Source: Leptospirales bacterium
Lineage (GTDB): Bacteria > Spirochaetota > Leptospiria > Turneriellales > JAOUFE01
DNA: 19,241 bases
Direction: 5' to 3'
Assembly (NCBI GenBank): GCA_040326155.1
Contig: JBEQLE010000018.1
Span: 41,826-61,066 of the forward strand
In this document: positions 16,889 to 19,241 of the stretch, one piece after another
Numbering within the stretch: the stretch's first letter is position 1
How the letters are laid out: each line of letters starts with the position of its first letter
Notes under the pieces: generated by a model
Told to the model about the DNA's origin: nothing
Seen by the model: only the letters and a program-made list of their open reading frames with translations
The model's database searches: none
Translations under genes and position numbers: made by a program

Positions 16889-17761
16889 TTGGATAGTGCA
16901 ATGGAAATTCTTGACCAGATAGATAAATATTGGAATACCCTTTTTGAAGATACGGCTGCCCCCGCCCAACGTATTTTCATTACCATTGCAAGTCTTGTGA
17001 TTATTCTAATCATTCAGTATATAATCAATAAATCTATTCTAAGAAGATTAAAACCTTATTTAAAACAAACCTGGAAAAAGAATATTTCTTACTCTGGCAT
17101 GGTTCTATTTTTTATTATTATTCTAATTATCTGGTTGCCCCACCTTCGTGGTTTTTTTACTCTTTTTGGAATTATCGGTACGGGTATTCTAATTGCCACA
17201 AAAGAAGTCATTGTCAACTTTCTCGGATGGTTCTATATTGTGATTCGACGACCGTTTGAAATCGGGAACCGCATCATGATTAAAGACTTTGCCGGTGATG
17301 TTACGGACATTCGACTGCTGGAATTTTCCATGATTGAGGTAAAAAAACGGAATGAAGGCGGCCAGAGTACGGGCCGTATTATTAGAGTGCCAAATGGACT
17401 TTTGTTCACTCACCCTATGGCCAACTCCAGTAAAGAGTTTTCATTGTACTGGAATGAGATTATTGTGACACTCACACCAGATAGTAACTGGAAAAAAGCG
17501 CATAAAATACTGGAACAACTGTCTAAAAAGAATATTCTTCAAATTCTGCCAAGCGACCCGCGGTTAAAAACGGCAAAAAACAAACATGCCATATTTTACC
17601 AGAGAACCGAACCCAAAATCTACACCGAATTCCAAAATGGAAAGATTGTATTGACTTTAAGGCACTTAAGCCAGCCGAAACAGTTACGCGATATCAGTGA
17701 CGCAGTCTGGAAAGAGCTGCTCGATAAGTTTTCTAAACATAAAGATATCAAGTTAACGTAA
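16889..17761 (+). CDS. mscS: Small-conductance mechanosensitive channel (MscS family)
   Basis: Three N-terminal hydrophobic helices, then RRPFEIGNRIMIKDFAGDVTDIRL and GRIIRVPNGLLFTHPMANSS. The start may be TTG 16889 or ATG 16901. Confidence 0.9.
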   Translation: MDSAMEILDQIDKYWNTLFEDTAAPAQRIFITIASLVIILIIQYIINKSILRRLKPYLKQTWKKNISYSGMVLFFIIILIIWLPHLRGFFTLFGIIGTGILIATKEVIVNFLGWFYIVIRRPFEIGNRIMIKDFAGDVTDIRLLEFSMIEVKKRNEGGQSTGRIIRVPNGLLFTHPMANSSKEFSLYWNEIIVTLTPDSNWKKAHKILEQLSKKNILQILPSDPRLKTAKNKHAIFYQRTEPKIYTEFQNGKIVLTLRHLSQPKQLRDISDAVWKELLDKFSKHKDIKLT

Positions 17762-17800
17762 AAAAGAATGACAATACGTTCACCTATACTTAATTAACCC

Positions 17801-18448
17801 ATGGAATTTTTTATAGATACTGCTGATATTGACGAGATAAAGAACGCTGAGGCACTTGGCATACTAGATGGGGTGACTACGAATCCTACTCTCATAGCAA
17901 AAGCCGGAAAACCTCTTAAAACGGTAATTAAAGAGATTGCTGCCATTGTAAAAGGCCCTATTTCTGCGGAAGTTCTCTCTACCGAAGCCCCGGGCATCAT
18001 TAAAGAAGCCGAAGAGCTCGCTCAAATTGCCTCTAATATTGTAGTGAAAGTACCTTTAATAACAGAAGGGTTAAAAGCGGTTAAAGTTCTTTCTGGAAAA
18101 GGTATCCAAACCAATGTAACGCTCTGTTTTTCAGCGATGCAGGCTCTACTTGCCGCAAAAGCCGGAGCCACGTATGTTTCTCCATTTGTAGGACGCCTGG
18201 ACGATCGAGGCCACGACGGAATGGAACTTATTCAGGAAATTGCAACAATTTACCGAAATTATAATTACAATACTAAAATAATTGTAGCCAGTATACGACA
18301 TCCGATTCATATGAAAGAGTCTGCGCTAATTGGGGCTGATGTTGCGACTATCCCGCCAAGTGTATTTAACACATTAGTGAAACACCCTTTAACTGACCTG
18401 GGGCTCGAAGCTTTTTTAGAAGACGCAAAAAAATTCGATTGGGAGTAA
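17801..18448 (+). CDS. tal: Transaldolase (short TalC/MipB-type)
   Basis: [15 protein letters not shown], Schiff-base lysine in [20 protein letters not shown] and ASIRHP. Glu in SAEV and Phe in SPFVGR indicate transaldolase rather than fructose-6-P aldolase (Gln/Tyr). Confidence 0.95.
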   Translation: MEFFIDTADIDEIKNAEALGILDGVTTNPTLIAKAGKPLKTVIKEIAAIVKGPISAEVLSTEAPGIIKEAEELAQIASNIVVKVPLITEGLKAVKVLSGKGIQTNVTLCFSAMQALLAAKAGATYVSPFVGRLDDRGHDGMELIQEIATIYRNYNYNTKIIVASIRHPIHMKESALIGADVATIPPSVFNTLVKHPLTDLGLEAFLEDAKKFDWE

Positions 18449-18461
18449 ATGGCTCATAAGA

Positions 18462-19238
18462 ATGAATGCTGTATTGTCCGTAACCAACCAAAAAGGGGGG
18501 GTTGCTAAAACAACCACCGCTTTACACCTGGCAGTAGGTCTTGCCAGGCAAAATCCTAAAAAAAAGACACTATATATTGATTTAGATCCGCAAAGAAACG
18601 GTACGGACGTTTTACTCAAAGAGTCAGATTTTGACGCAGAGCGTACGGTATTCCACCTTTTTCAAGGTAACCCTGTTACAAGCCTGCAACTGCATGAAAC
18701 AGAACAAAAAAACTTAATGGTCATCCCCTCCTCTTTGCAACTTGTTGAAGTAGAAACGATGCTATCCAATGCACTGGACGGTTTTTTTCGGTTAAATGAA
18801 AACCTGGCGCCGCTCGCAAATGAATTTGATTTTACAATTATCGACTGTCCTCCAAGCTTGTCAGTTTTAACAATTAACGCACTCGTAGCAGCCCGAGGTA
18901 TATTAATACCATTGCAGGCATCTAAATTTTCAGTGGACGGAATACAAGGTTTAGTCAACGCAATCAATACTGTTCAAAAAAGATACAATGCAAACCTGGA
19001 AATTATCGGTGGAGTTTTTACAATGTTCAATGAAAGAACTACAATCTCTCAAATGATGACCGAAGAGATCTCTCAGAATATGAAACTTTTTAATACAAAC
19101 ATACCGAGTTCGGTTGCCGTTGAAGAGGCTCATTTATTAAAACAGAGCTTGTACGATTATGCGCCAAAGAATAAGGTGGCAATCGCATATGAACAATTAA
19201 CTAAGGAAGTATATAATGTCCTCCAAAAAATCGGGTAA
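18462..19238 (+). CDS. parA: ParA/Soj family ATPase
   Basis: Deviant Walker A NQKGGVAKTTT, IDLDPQRN, IIDCPPSL, NALVAA and IPSSVAVEEAH. Confidence 0.95.
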   Translation: MNAVLSVTNQKGGVAKTTTALHLAVGLARQNPKKKTLYIDLDPQRNGTDVLLKESDFDAERTVFHLFQGNPVTSLQLHETEQKNLMVIPSSLQLVEVETMLSNALDGFFRLNENLAPLANEFDFTIIDCPPSLSVLTINALVAARGILIPLQASKFSVDGIQGLVNAINTVQKRYNANLEIIGGVFTMFNERTTISQMMTEEISQNMKLFNTNIPSSVAVEEAHLLKQSLYDYAPKNKVAIAYEQLTKEVYNVLQKIG

Positions 19239-19241
19239 CTC
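19216..19241 (+). CDS. Probable start of a downstream gene overlapping parA (ParB-like by position only), truncated
   Basis: AAGGAAG at 19203-19209, then ATG at 19216 reading MSSKKSGN... open to the window edge. Only 8 codons are visible. Confidence 0.4.

Noticed and set aside
17801..18448. Fructose-6-phosphate aldolase (fsa) call
   Set aside because: The Glu/Phe active-site pair favours transaldolase.
18449..18508. Short out-of-frame ORF (MAHKNECC...) starting right after tal
   Set aside because: Only 19 codons, overlapping the intact parA start, with no evidence of frameshift or function.
1882..19133. Remaining short track ORFs (e.g. 1882, 1899, 2260, 2673, 3819, 6664, 7855, 9689, 11228, 13000, 15052, 17189, 17794, 18662)
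   Set aside because: All lie within or largely antisense to well-supported genes and lack motifs or translation signals.
1..19241. CRISPR arrays, tRNA/rRNA, IS elements, prophage or defence genes
   Set aside because: No spaced DNA repeats, RNA-gene signatures, or transposase, integrase or nuclease motifs seen, and intergenic gaps are all under about 165 bp.

Overview
AT-rich, gene-dense bacterial chromosomal segment with no rRNA, tRNA, CRISPR array or mobile element that I can support. The taxon cannot be fixed from sequence alone. Left to right: (-) single-pass membrane protein, secreted TPR-like protein and a LysM-LysM-M23 peptidase (absent from the ORF track because it runs off the left edge); (+) bshB1-type deacetylase with a divergent BshC-like ligase; (+) aroB, aroQ and a 428-aa hypothetical protein carrying three copies of a 20-aa motif; (-) a tightly coupled three-gene unit of an HgdAB-like reductase/dehydratase subunit, a tandem BadF/BcrAD ATPase-activator plus DUF2229-like protein, and an orphan ABC-2 permease, where the first two match the PlsR/PlsA plasmalogen synthase and Ger ether-lipid architecture; (+) purH and an RlmD/TrmA-family methyltransferase; (-) a stand-alone MshEN-like protein; (+) MscS channel, transaldolase, parA and a probable overlapping downstream start (parB?). 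The best leads are the Pls/Ger-like ether-lipid operon with its permease, the non-canonical bacillithiol-like pair, the repeat protein and the MshEN-like mini-protein. All family assignments come from motif recognition by eye, not from database searches.
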